Shown: in pieces, positions 50,257 through 62,838 of the stretch
How positions within the stretch are numbered: the first letter of the stretch is position 1
Layout of the letters: each line of letters opens with the position of its first letter
From: Batkoa obscura
Taxonomy: Eukaryota
Reading direction: 5' to 3'
Assembly (NCBI GenBank): GCA_030770535.1
Contig: JASVEC010000010.1
Coordinates: 1,240,001 to 1,304,000, forward strand
DNA length: 64,000 nucleotides
Translations under genes and position numbers: made by a program
The notes under the pieces: generated by a model
Told to the model about the DNA's origin: nothing
The model's database searches: none
What the model saw: the letters and a program-made list of their open reading frames with translations, nothing else

Positions 50257-51258
50257 GGGGATGTGTTTTTGTGTTTAAGAACTTTACTAACAAATTTTCC
50301 GCTCAAATAGCGCTTAAAAAATGGAAAAAACAATGAAGCCAAAAAAAATCTTCATAACTTATTTTTATAATTTGTTTTTTAAAACTAAAAAACCAAATTT
50401 TCTTATTATGATCCTTTTTAATATGCTAATCATTTAAACTTATTACTATTAAATTATTTAAAATATTAGTAACATTTGTACATTTATTTATGAATATCAA
50501 TAAAAGTTCATATAATAACTTTATAACTTTTTAAATGTATTTTAAATATTTTAATAGTAACTAAAACTATATAATATATTGAAATATTAGAATTTAAATG
50601 CAGCTAAATAGCTTAGTAGCTTAATTTTTCGGTAATTATATGGGGATGTGTTTTTTTATTTAAGAATTTTACTACAATCTTTCTACTCAAATAGCGCTTA
50701 AAAAATGGAAAAATAATGAAATTAAAAAAACATCCCCATATATTATTCAAGATTCAATTGGTATTAAACTAACACATAGACAATTTGTGACTTCTGAAAC
50801 CTCAAGTGGATTCTAATGGGAATGTTTTTTTTGACTTCATTATTTTTTCCATTTTTAAGTGCTATTTAAGCGAAAAATTTGTTAGTAAAGTTCTTAAACA
50901 CAAAAATACATCCCCAATGTTTTAAGGCAAGGCATATACTATCTACATAAGTGAATGGGCTAAAAGTTTAGATTTTAAATTTAAACTAAGTAATTTTAAG
51001 CAAACATGAATTTGGATTTTAAAGATTAATTCTTAAAGTGCTAAAAACTAAAAAAGTGTCAAAAAGCACTAAAAAAACAATAAAATAGAAACTAAAATAT
51101 TAGGTAAGTTTAAAACAAATATTTCAAAAGGTTGGCTGGTATCTGTTTTAGTACTATGTATGGGGATGTATCTTTGTATTTAAGAATTTCACTACCAATT
51201 TTTCCGCTCAAATAGTGCTTAAAGGTGTAAAAAGTAGTGAAGCCAAAAAAACACCCCC
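50257..51258. mobile_element. Cluster of four MITE copies (50257-~50353 +, 50642-50737 +, 50818-50915 -, 51162-51258 +)
   Basis: Each matches the family consensus. Confidence 0.85.
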
Positions 51259-51732
51259 ATATGTTCTCTGATATCTTATCAGTTTATTATTAACTTATTA
51301 ATGGTAAATTGATTTTTAAAATTCAAACTAAAGATTCGATTGATTACAAACAACAAATTGATCATAAATTAATTATAAACTAATTACAAATCGATTAATA
51401 GTGTATTAGTTCGTTAATACTATTATTTGTGTTTATTTAAAGACTCATTAAACTTATCATTGAGCGTTTATTGAAATCATACACATTGAGTATCGATTTG
51501 ATAATCTTCGAATTTTAATAGCTTATTATTAAGTCTGATCTTTTGTTGTAGTGGTTTCTATTTTTCAAGTCAATAAAGGAGCATAACATATTATCAAATA
51601 AAAGTAATTTATCTTATCGTTGAGCTTTATTAAATTACATCATTTTAGTATATTTATTAAATAATTATTTTAAAAAATCAGCTTGATAAAATAACTACAT
51701 TCTTTTTGATTCTTTTTTATTCTCCTCACTTC

Positions 51733-52862
51733 TTACATCATAGGACCACCAATATGGATCCCACCATCGACATTAATCGTAGCACCAGTAATGAATCCTG
51801 AAGCTTTCGAAGCCAAAAAGATACAAGTACCAGCAATTTCAATTGGTTTACCAGCTCTTTTTAATGGAATTTTACTAGTAACTAAATCCAAACCAACTTG
51901 TTCGGTAGATCCTTTTGTCATTTTAGTTTCATAAAATCCAAGTGCAATAGCATTCACCAAAACTGGTCGAGAAGCCACATGATAAGCTAATACACTACTG
52001 AGATGGTGTACTGCTGCTTTGGATACATCATATACAAGACTATTACGTCCAGGTTGTATACCTTGTATTGAACCAATGTTGATTACACGAGCTGGATCTT
52101 CAGGAGTAGAAGCTTCTTCAAGAGGGGAGAGCAAACTGTGAAATATGTTTAGATTTCGATAATTAATTAATTAATTAAGCTATATATTACGCTAAAGTAA
52201 AAAATAATAATGCTTTGACATTTAAATCCATTACACGATGATAGGATTTAGTGGTAATTTCTTCTAAATCCGAACCCCAAGTAGCTAAGTAAAGTTAATA
52301 TGGTTAAATAAAATATTTATCTTTATTTATTGAAGTTACCTCCTGCGTTGTTAATCAAAACATGGATTTCTGAATATGTTAAAATATATAAAATGAGATT
52401 AAAATATTAAGTTTACTCTTTTCTTTTTGTAATAAGGTATCTACCATCTTAGTCATATCATCTTCCTTAGACATATCTCCTTGGATAAAATAACACGAAC
52501 CTGGGCCTGAGATAATTTCAGAATTTAGGATGCAATTTTACTAAAATTCCTATTTATTTCATGCTTACCTAATTTGTTTAATCTTTCACAAGTATTATGT
52601 AAATCCTGTTGTTTCCTTCCAGTTATATAAACTTTAGCTCCATTGGTAACGAATCCCTTTAGATAAAATTTTAACATTTGAACATTTTATATTGTTTCTT
52701 ATTGTGTCCTTACTTCAGCAATGTGTTCTCCTACACTAAGAATAATGATGAAATATTAATTTCTTACATCCTGTTATTAGTTTGATATTAAACTTACCCT
52801 TTACCCCCACCAGTGATAACAACTACTTTATTTTTAACATCAAATAATGAACTATTTTCCAT
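51733..52862 (-). CDS. Classical short-chain dehydrogenase/reductase (6 introns, including micro-exons)
   Basis: Spliced MENSSLFDVKNKVVVITGGGKG..., LINNAG|ATWG, VINIGS, YDVSK and VDGG. Confidence 0.92.
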
Positions 52863-53337
52863 TGTTTATTTTTTTACAATAAAAAAGAAACTAGATTCTA
52901 TTTGGACGTTTTATTTCGTAGCATACAACTTTTCATTGGTTCGGTATTTGATTTCTTTTATCCGCATCAAAGTCACACATGCATTTCTCTTTTAATCACT
53001 AGTAACATTAAGATAAAAGCTAAATTTAAAACTATAAAAATTTAATAGCTTAACTAGATCATTATGAATTAGTATATCATCTTTGCATCTTATTTTGATC
53101 TATTTAATAACAATGGTTAAAATAGTTAACGAATAAACATAGCAATTCAAAAGCAATTACAACTAATAATTTCTAAATCAAGTGATTTTACTTGTTATAA
53201 TAATCCACCAAGAAAGGCTTTAAAGTTCCATCTTTTGAATTTTAAATTTCAATTTGTGAAATCAAATTGACTTTATTTTTTTCTTTAAGAACAACAAATA
53301 TCAAGAGCAAAAAAAGAGATAAAAAAAAAGAGAAGTA

Positions 53338-54075
53338 ATGCCCCAAAACAAGAACAATATTACAAAAAATTCATTTTTAAATGCGATTGTCAATACCCCA
53401 TTAACATCTTATGATTCCCCTATAGATTCACCCAAAGCAACGGTCAATATACCAACAAATTCCAAATTTCAGTCGGGTTATATACCACCCCCAGTGACTC
53501 GACGCTGTTCAGTTATGGGTACAGCAATCACACAAACTTCTTTATCTCATACGAAACCAAGTCATGATTTACAATTAACACAGACCTCGATCGGATCCCA
53601 ACAAGAACTGGAATATCAATTCCAACCTATTGATTATCAACAGATGGATGCCCGGTTTTATACAACATCAGAAACCATTTTAACTCAACTTGTCAAAGTA
53701 TTACAAAATTCAGTAGAAATCCAAATCTCATATAGAATTCAATCCTTAATCCAAGATTTTTTTCAATATTATTCCAAAGAATTTCCAATTATTGATGTAT
53801 CTCAATTAGTTTTGTTATTAAAATCCAAAATTACACCTATTAAATATCGATTGTTAGTTGCCCTCAGTGCTTGTTGTTTATTTTGTAAAAGATTTAAAGA
53901 AAATTCGGATAGTGATAGTGAGTTAAAAGAAGGTTTAGAGCTCTTTTCTTATGCTAGAAGTTTGGATGATAATGCTATTAAATTGATGCGTGATGGGGAT
54001 GTAGCTGCTTTATTAGCTACTTTTTCAATTATCAGTTATATTGAAAAAAGATTTTTTAGTGTTAAGGAGGAATAG
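53338..54075 (+). CDS. Hypothetical protein; C-half resembles the start of a fungal transcription-factor middle homology region, with no Zn-cluster
   Basis: 245-aa ORF containing LIQDFFQYYSKEFPIID...LLVALSACC. Confidence 0.7.
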   Translation: MPQNKNNITKNSFLNAIVNTPLTSYDSPIDSPKATVNIPTNSKFQSGYIPPPVTRRCSVMGTAITQTSLSHTKPSHDLQLTQTSIGSQQELEYQFQPIDYQQMDARFYTTSETILTQLVKVLQNSVEIQISYRIQSLIQDFFQYYSKEFPIIDVSQLVLLLKSKITPIKYRLLVALSACCLFCKRFKENSDSDSELKEGLELFSYARSLDDNAIKLMRDGDVAALLATFSIISYIEKRFFSVKEE

Positions 54076-54329
54076 AAGTTTTAATTAAGAGTAAATAACT
54101 GGATTATTTGAATTGAAGTTAAGAATGGGATAACAAGTTTTCATTGCAATGGATTTTTTTTAATATTAAAAATTGTTTCTTTTTTATATTGAAAGTTTCT
54201 AATAATAAATAGATAATTTTTGAACAATTAAGTTTATTATCGTATGCTATTTTTATTTTTTTGCGTTTCCAATAAGAGATATATAATGAAGCGCAAAAAA
54301 ATTACAAAAAAATTACAAAAAAATTCAAA

Positions 54330-55545
54330 ATATGACGTTTTTTTGCTTTCATCACTCTTTCTATTTTTTAAGTATTTTTTAAGTTGAAAGGTTATCAGTA
54401 AAATTCTTAAACAAAAAGATACATTCTTATATAACTATAATTAGATTACTATTTTTTTGTTTAACAAAATCTTTATAATTTTTATTTTATTTACTAGCAT
54501 TCTGTTAAGACTTTTATAATTTAATAAGATGACTTTTATTAATAGCCAACTATACTTAATATAAGATAAAAGTGTATAGAACCTTTAATTAATATTATTA
54601 AATATCGAGTATTTTGATCTTTTGTAAAAATCATTGAACATTAAAAATCATGAATTCAGTTAACTAATAAACAAAAAAGTAAACTATTTTTCATCTTATT
54701 TTAAATTATAAGATTTTTTCGTATGATAATGTGCTTTTTTGTTTAAGAACTTTACTGGCAAACTTTCCACTCATAATAGTGCTTAAAAAATAAAAAAAGT
54801 GATGAAAGCAAAAAAAACTCCATATATATGAAAATATATTTTTATGTTCAAGGACTTTACTCACAATTACTCACGATTTCCCCCCTCAAATAGCGCTTAA
54901 AAGATGAAAAAAGTGATAAGGCCAAAAACACCTCCACATGATGTAGATTTCTAGTTTACAAAGCATCATTGTTGATAATACATTAGCTAAAAGTTTGATT
55001 TTTACAGTTTTATCTATTATTTAATATTTAGCAATGTATTGTTTTGTTTGATAATTTTGCTAACAATCTTTCCACTTAAATAATGCTTAAAAAAACAGAA
55101 AAAGCGATGAAATCAAAAAAATGATTTTTATTTAATTAATATAAATGATTATAACAGTTAAAAAAAGCAAATTACAATTACTTATATTTTATGCTTTGTT
55201 TTTTGTTATTAGTAAATGCAGATGATAATAAAATTTAAAACTTATTTAATAACTATTTGGTTAGTTGTATTAATTTAGTTGAATTAGTAAAAATAAGTGT
55301 GATAGCTTAAAATAATTCAGTATTAAAACTTTTTTTGTTATTAAAGTTCTTATATATAGAATCAAGCAGAGAAGTTAAAAATGTTTTTTGTACTTTAATT
55401 TATTTGTTTTATAAAATTTCAAATTTTAAATTTTAAATCTTAATATGAGAATGGTTTTTTTGGTTTCATTACTTTTTCCATCTTTTAAGCACTATTTAAG
55501 TAGAAAGGTTGTTAATAAAATTCTTAAACAGAAAAATACATCCCC
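54330..55545. mobile_element. Cluster of degenerate MITEs (~54330-54430, ~54722-54822, ~54830-54937, ~55032-55125) and a fairly intact copy (55447-55545)
   Basis: The family core (CTCAAATAGTGCTTAAAA...GAAAAAGTGATGAA) is recognisable in each. Confidence 0.75.
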
Positions 55546-56557
55546 ATATATTGTTGATAAATATTAAACTGAGAAATCAACAATAATTATCATCAACATT
55601 TTTGATTTAAAAGTATTTAAATGTTTTAGTTACTTTTTAAATGAACATATAAAAGATCAATTATAAAATATTACTAATTTATACAATTATTATTTTATTA
55701 TAGTAATTTGTTTAATATTATAAACCAACTTAAGTTAAAACTTTTTAAATTATAAATATGATTTTTTAAATGCTTTAAACCACTAAAGTATAATGAAGAC
55801 ATCAAAGGGGTTTATAATATATAAATAAATATATAAATATAATAATCAAAAACATTAATTTTATTGTTTTTTGAATTTGAATAATTCAAATAATTTAATA
55901 CATTTTATTTCATTTTAAATAATTGAAATTCAGTTCTTTTTAATAAAATAAGTTGATTACTTTTTAGAATAAAATTTAATAATGAAAAAGCCCACATAAT
56001 GGATTTTTTAAAATTTTAACAAGGTCAATAAAAGCTCAAGGCTTCAACTAATTTCAATAACTTACTAAATTTAGTAATTTTAACTCCATAGAAATTGAAT
56101 AATTATTTTTTTAAGCTTAAAATGCGATTTAATAGTCACACATTAATATTTAAAAATTGAAATTGATATGATAGGTTCTTAATTGATGATGTCATGACTC
56201 CTTTATATTCACAAAAATAAACTAAAAGGAATAGCTGAAGGAATAGATTGATAGATCATATAGAAAGTTGAATCAAGTTAATATAAAATACCTTTGATAT
56301 CTAAGGTGTCAAAGTATTAATTAATGGGCTAATCACTATTAAGTCATAGACTAAACAATGCTCTTTTATCGTATTGTTCTAAATCTTACTAATAAAAAAT
56401 AATCATCCAAATTGAGATTTTAAATGAAACTTTCAGCTACTTTAATAAAACAATCTATCATTTGAAAATTAAAACTTAAAAAAAGTATAAATAGGACGAC
56501 TTAATAAAAAATGTCAAAATTTATTTTGGAAAAATAAAAACAAAACAAAATAAAAAT

Positions 56558-59051
56558 ATGTCAATTCAACAACAGTTTCAAGCCGCCACTTCAGATAGTG
56601 GATTTTTTCAAGTAAGTGGAATATCCACTTAATAAATAGTTAAAATCAGCTAATAATTTCATTTAAGGAACCCGTTGAATTATCTAATGTTTACCTTTCC
56701 GATCCAATTTTAAAAGATTTACTACTTCGTTATCTCCCATATGAACAATATAAATTTATTGAAAAAGATCTAATTGAATTAGGAGACAAAGTTATTAATA
56801 AAGTTATTAAATTAGGTGAATTAAGTGAATATAATTTACCTTCAATAAAGCAATATGATCATTGGGGAAGGTAGAATTAATACTAGATATAAAAGCATAA
56901 TAATTGAGTCAATATTAATATTATTTTTATTTTATTTCAGGAGAATTGATGAATTAAATGTCCATCCTGCTTGGACTGAATTACAACAACTGGGTTGTGA
57001 GGAAGGGTAACAAAATATATAAAATAACAAATAACAAATAATAAATTTATATCATAGATTAGTTTCCATTCCTTATGAATTACCCATTGGAGATTTATCC
57101 CGCCTTTATCAATTTAGTAAAATCTATTTATTTACTCCAGGTAATATGGCGGATTGTCCTTTGAGTATGACAGATGGTATGTCACGCGTTATTACCAATC
57201 TTGGTACTAAAAAACAGAAACAAGAAATCTTAACTCATTTGATAACAAGAAATAAATGTAATTTTTATTCAGCTGGTCAATGGATGACTGAAAGGAAAGG
57301 TGGCTCAGATGTTTCAGGTACTGAAACAATTGCTTATCAAAAGGAAGGACAATGGTTTATTGATGGTTTTAAATGGTTTTCTTCTGCTACAGATGCAAAG
57401 GTTACATTATTATTAGCTAGAGTTGTCGATGAAAACGGGAACGGAAAGGAGGGGAGTAGAGGTTTATCTCTGTTTTTAGCTAAAGTTAGGGATGATAATG
57501 GTAAATTAAATGGGGTTAGGTAAAATCATTTTTATAATAAATAATAATAAAAAATAATAATAAAAAATAAATAAACAATAGAATTCATCGACTTAAAGAA
57601 AAAATTGGTACTAAAAGTTTACCAACAGCAGAATTAGAATTGAAAGGTATGAAAGCTGAATTAATTGGAGAAATCAATCGAGGGATTCCTAATATATCAA
57701 ATGTATTAATGATAACTCGAGTTCATTGTGCTTTGACATCTTCCGCTGGTTTAAGAAGAGCATTTACTATAGCCAAAGAATATGCATGTAAAAGAAAGGT
57801 AAAGAAATATTATTTAAAGTTGACTAAATGAAAACATTAATATTAATCTTGATTTCTATTACTATCATAGATTGGTAGTAAAAAATTATGTGAATTACCT
57901 TTACATATAATGAGTTTAGCTACAATTGAACGTAAATTAAGACAATGTACTCAATTAGCATTCTATGCTGCATATTTATTAGGAAAATATGAAAACCTTA
58001 ATAACAATAATAATAATGAAGATAATCAGTTAATGTTTCGATTATGTATACCCATAGCCAAAGTATGGTGTAGTAAATATTCAGTAGATAATGTAATTTC
58101 TAGTTTAGAAGCTTTAGGGGGTTTAGGTTATATGGAAGAAATTGGAGTGGGTAAAATATTAAGGGATATATTAGTTAATTGTATTTGGGAAGGTACAGGT
58201 AATGTAATGGGATTAGATGTATTTAGAGCTATTCAAAGTACCAATGGAAAGGCTTGGTGGTGTTTTAGAAAAGTAAGAATAAAAGGATAAGTTTGATTCT
58301 ATATAATATTAATATTATTTGTTATTAGGTAATTATGACCAAAGTAACTGAAAGTGTAGAGAAATTTAAAACGGAGGATTTAGGTTATGATATCTTAAAA
58401 AAGAAACAAAAAATTATTATTCAAAGTTTGAAAATGATTAATGATTTGTTAACGCCTATTATAAAAGATAATTTATATGCTTCATTTGACTCCATTTGTC
58501 TTTCATTAGCCTTAGTTATGGGTAATTTATTAGTCATTACTTTGTTAATGGAACAAGCTGCATTCTCGCTAAATAATCATGAAATTCAAACTAAACTAAA
58601 TCATCATCAAGATTTATTATGTTTAAAATATGAATTCAATCAGGTCAAAGAGGTAATGAATCCACTAATGAAGTTAATGAAGTTAAAAATTGGGGGTGAG
58701 GATAAAAATGAGAATGAGGATAAGAATTTGAAGGATGAAAAAGATAATTTAGAATTAGGAAATGATTTTGGAGATGGATTTGCTACTTTTATTAAATTGG
58801 AATATAATAAAATTTATAATAAAAAAGAAAATATTAAACAAAAAATTGGTAATCAACCATCAACAGTAACAGAGTATTTAAATCAATTAACTACTAGATT
58901 TATGGATGGTAAGTTTATTTTTTTTAAAGACAATAAATAATTAAATTATTAACACTTATTTATTTCTATATAACTTTTAGATTATGATTTAGTTCATCCT
59001 ATTCATCACCAAAGTCAATTACCAGTATTAGGAGTCAAAAGTAGGATTTAA
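56558..59051 (+). CDS. AidB-like acyl-CoA dehydrogenase (7 introns) ending in SRI*
   Basis: YDHWGRRIDEL.VHPAW, CPLSMTDG, GQWMTERKGGSDV, GFKWFSSAT, RLKEKIGTKSLPTAELEL, EALGGLGYME and IWEGTGNV. Confidence 0.92.
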
Positions 59052-59401
59052 AAAGAATAAATAAAGTTATTTTTTTATTTTTAAATAAAAGACCAAGTTG
59101 ACTATTTTAACTAATTTTTATAAGTCCTTTTTTAGATAGTAAAAAATAATGTGGTAAGTGATAGTAGTTATAATAAAATATTAGAAAATAAGTTATAAAG
59201 GTAAAATATTTGTTATATGTTATAATTTAAATAACTACACTCTAAGCTGATAATTAATTTAATAAAATTTATAACATAGTATCAAAAGTAATTTATTTAT
59301 TTACTTTATTATGTAACGTAGATCTCAGTTACTTCATTTCAAATATATTTCTTTATAAAATTAAGTATAATAATAAAGTCATTTATAAAACTTTAATATA
59401 T

Positions 59402-59791
59402 GGGGATGTTTTTTTGACTTCGTTACTTTTCCGTTTTTAAAGGCTATTTGAGCAGGAAGGTTATTAGTAGAATTCTTAAACAAAAAATACATCTCTATAT
59501 ACACTATTTTGTTTTATTTTATTTTGTTTTTCTGCTAATTTGATGAGGGTTTAGTTTAATAAAGTATATGAGGATGTTTTTTTCGATTTCATTACTTTTC
59601 CATTTTTTAAGCACTATTTGAGTGGAAAGATTGTCAGTAAAATTCTTAAACACAAAAATACATCCCCATATAATAAAAATTAAAAATAAATATGCGAATG
59701 TATTTTTGTGTTTAAAAATTTTACTAACAATTCTTTCACTCAAATAGTGCTTAAAAAATGGAAAAATAATGAAACCAAAAAAAAACACTCC
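59402..59791. mobile_element. Three MITE copies (59402-59496 -, 59570-59667 -, 59694-59791 +)
   Basis: Family consensus; the last two form an inverted pair 26 bp apart. Confidence 0.85.
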
Positions 59792-59804
59792 ACATCGTTA
59801 CATT

Positions 59805-60204
59805 TGTGAAATATCGCTTCGTCAGTCCCATGGTTAATTATTTTGATTTGTTATGAGAATTTCTAGTTCCACCCAAAAGAATATTATCTTCTCATTTTGA
59901 TACTTATACTTTCCAGAGTATAAAAGAGTTTACAGAGTATAATAGTTCGAGGCTTTTTAACTGAATTAATCCCTGATATCTCGAACATTTAATAAAGCCA
60001 CTAAGTTTTCTTAATAGTATTTTACATAGATTTTACATTAGTATTGTCTATTCTATTTGTATTATATAGCTTGTAACCTATTACGTGCTATTCCTCATAA
60101 TCCAAGTCTATCTTAGTCACATAAACTAAGACCTTTCGACTTATAGTGTAGTCAACCCAGCAATAGCTGTTCTTGACTCCAAACCCTGAGTACCAGATTT
60201 CACA
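59805..60204 (+). mobile_element. Solo-LTR-like element with a 64-bp internal deletion
   Basis: TGTGAAAT...ATTTCACA; flanks ACATT/ATATT (4 of 5 match). Confidence 0.8.
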
Positions 60205-60647
60205 ATATTATACTTTTTGAATAATGCATATAGTGATGTGTTTTTGTACCTAATGGTTTTACTAAAGATTCTTCTGCTTAAATAGCACCTAAAAGATAGA
60301 AAAAGCGATCAAGCTAAAGAAACACCCACATATGTTTTTTAAAAAGTATTAATTAAATTTATAATGAGCTTAATTTTATAAAAGTTGTAAATATTTTATT
60401 TTAAATTAATGTTTTTTAGATTTTAAATGTTAATTTGAAAATATGTGTATAAAATAATAAGAACCAAGTTATCAGAAGATGAGTATAAGTAAATAAAATA
60501 TAAAAAGTAAAGTTTAGTTATTTGCAAAATAAAAATAAAAATAAAGTATTCAATATGTTTTTTTGTTTTATTACTTTTTCCGCTTTTTAAGCACTGTTTG
60601 AGTGGAAAGGTTGTTAGTAAAATTTTTAAACACAAAACATGTTCCGG

Positions 60648-61110
60648 TATTAAATCTGATACTCAGTAGTTATGGTCAAAAGCAGTTCTTGCTTAGTTGA
60701 CTAGCCATAAGTCGAAAGGCCTTAGTTTATGTGACTAAGATAGACTTGAGCTATGAAGAATAGTACATAATATACTACAAGCTATGTAAAACAAATAGAA
60801 TAGATAATACTAATATAAAATCTACATAAAATGCTATTAAGCAAACTTAGAGGCTTTATTAAATGTACGAAATATTAGGGAATAATTCAGTTAAAAAGCC
60901 TCGAGTTACTATGTTCTAAGATCTCTTTTATACTCTGAAAAGTACAGATATCAAAACGAAAAGACAGCATTCTTTGGGATGAGGTCAGAAATTATCATAG
61001 TAAATCAAACTAAGAGCATGGGATTGATTTTCTCTGAACTCAAGAGCACAAAAACTTGAATGATTATTATGCTATAATCAATTATAGAGCTGACAAAGCA
61101 ATATTTCACA
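60648..61110 (-). mobile_element. Older, diverged solo-LTR-like copy in reverse orientation
   Basis: Reverse complement aligns along the element (e.g. ATAAGTCGAAAGGCCTTAGTTTATGTGACTAAGATAGACTTG) and ends ATATTTCACA at 61110. Confidence 0.78.
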
Positions 61111-61976
61111 AATACAAGGCATTGAAAAGTATTTACATTTTATTAAGCGCAACAATAAATTGCATTGTTATCCAGTATCTGATAGATTAAAAAAAGCAAT
61201 ATAGTTTCAATTAGAGTTATAGAGTCTATAGAAAATAGGAAAATCAAAAGATCAATCCCAGCTTATCTTACGAAAATAACAGGATTTAAAAATTTCGATA
61301 TTTACTAAGCAAATAGCTTATTAAGTAATATAAGTTAATTATTAAATGTTAAGATTACTTAAGTTATTAATAGCTAAGTTAATAAATAGTCAAAGAACAA
61401 GTAACTGTAATAATATGTAAAAACTATTATTACTTGTATTATACATGGATGGTTAATTATAGTTTTGAGGCTAACCACTTCCTCCCATGCAGCTATTTGT
61501 TAACTTGGCAATATATCAATAATGTAATTATGACATTAAAATAGTTTATTTGATAGCAAATATGCAATGTTAGTTATATAGTAGTCAATTGTAAATATTG
61601 CTTAATGAAGTTTTATAAGAGTATGTATCTATTCACATACTACGGCTTTGATTAATATTAATATATAGATTATATTAGTAGAAACCTTGCTAATCTAGGA
61701 ATTTCTATTAAATTTAGTAGAAATTCTACTAATCTACAATACAGATTATAGTAACATAATTTAAAGCTGTCGAGTAATTTTATTTTTCAGTAAAGAACTT
61801 ATGAAGATGTATTTTTGTGTTTAAAAATTCTATCAATAACCTTTCCACTCAAATAGCACTTGAAAGATGAAAAAAGTGGTGAAGCCAAAAAAACATTCTT
61901 TTACTTTTGTAGAATTTTAAGCAAAGTTTTATAATATTTAATTAAATAAAAAATGAAATCGATTCGGACACCCCCC

Positions 61977-62440
61977 TGTGAAATATCGCTTTTTCAGTCC
62001 CATGGTTAATTATAACATAACAATCGCCTAAGCTGTTGTGTTCTCGAGCTCAGAGAAAATCAATCCCATGTTCTTATTTTGATTTGTTATGAGAATTTCT
62101 AGCTCCATCCAAAAGAATATTATCTTCTCATTTTGATATTTATACTTTTCAGAGTATAAAAGAGTTTACAGAGTATAATAGTTCAAGGCTTTTTAACTGA
62201 ATTAATCCCTGATATCTCGAACATTTAATAAAGCCACTAAGTTTTCTTAATAGTATTTTACATAGGTTTTACATTAGTATCGTCTATTCTATTTGTCTTA
62301 TATAGCTTGTAACCTATTACGTGCTATTCCTCATAATCCAAGTCTATCTTAGTTACATAAACTAAGGCCTTTCGACTTATAGTGTAGTCAACCCAGCAAT
62401 AGCTGTTCTTGACTCCAAACCTTGAGTACCAGATTTCACA
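61977..62440 (+). mobile_element. Solo-LTR-like element (464 bp) with 5-bp CCCCC flanks
   Basis: CCCCC|TGTGAAAT...ATTTCACA|CCCCC; 8-bp terminal inverted repeat, TATA box and AATAAA. Confidence 0.85.
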
Positions 62441-62838
62441 CCCCCATATTAAATTTTTTAATTAAAAAAAGCATGCTTTTTATTTTATATTTTTTATGCT
62501 GAATTTATTTCTTTGCAATAAATCAAAGCCAGAAAAAGTTGGACTTCAAGTTAATCAATTCTAGATAAAAATTAAAAATAATGCAGATGTCTTAAACAAG
62601 AATTAAATCAATTGATATCGAGTACATAACTGTTATAAATTATTGGATTAAAGCTTTTTATTAAGTCTTAGCCTGGATAGTTCCTTAAAATTAAGGAACT
62701 AGCGTTTATAAAAAAAACTATTGTGTATCATTTGGCATTCTAGCATTTAACAAAGGCATGTGGCTATAAAATTTCTTATATAAAATTAACAATTTAAATG
62801 AAGTAGCATTAATTTTTATTTAGTGATAAGGTAATTAA

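Noticed and set aside
59805..62440. The two direct LTR copies as the ends of one full-length retrotransposon
   Set aside because: The interval has only MITEs and an inverted LTR, no gag/pol, PBS or PPT, and each copy has its own flanking duplication.
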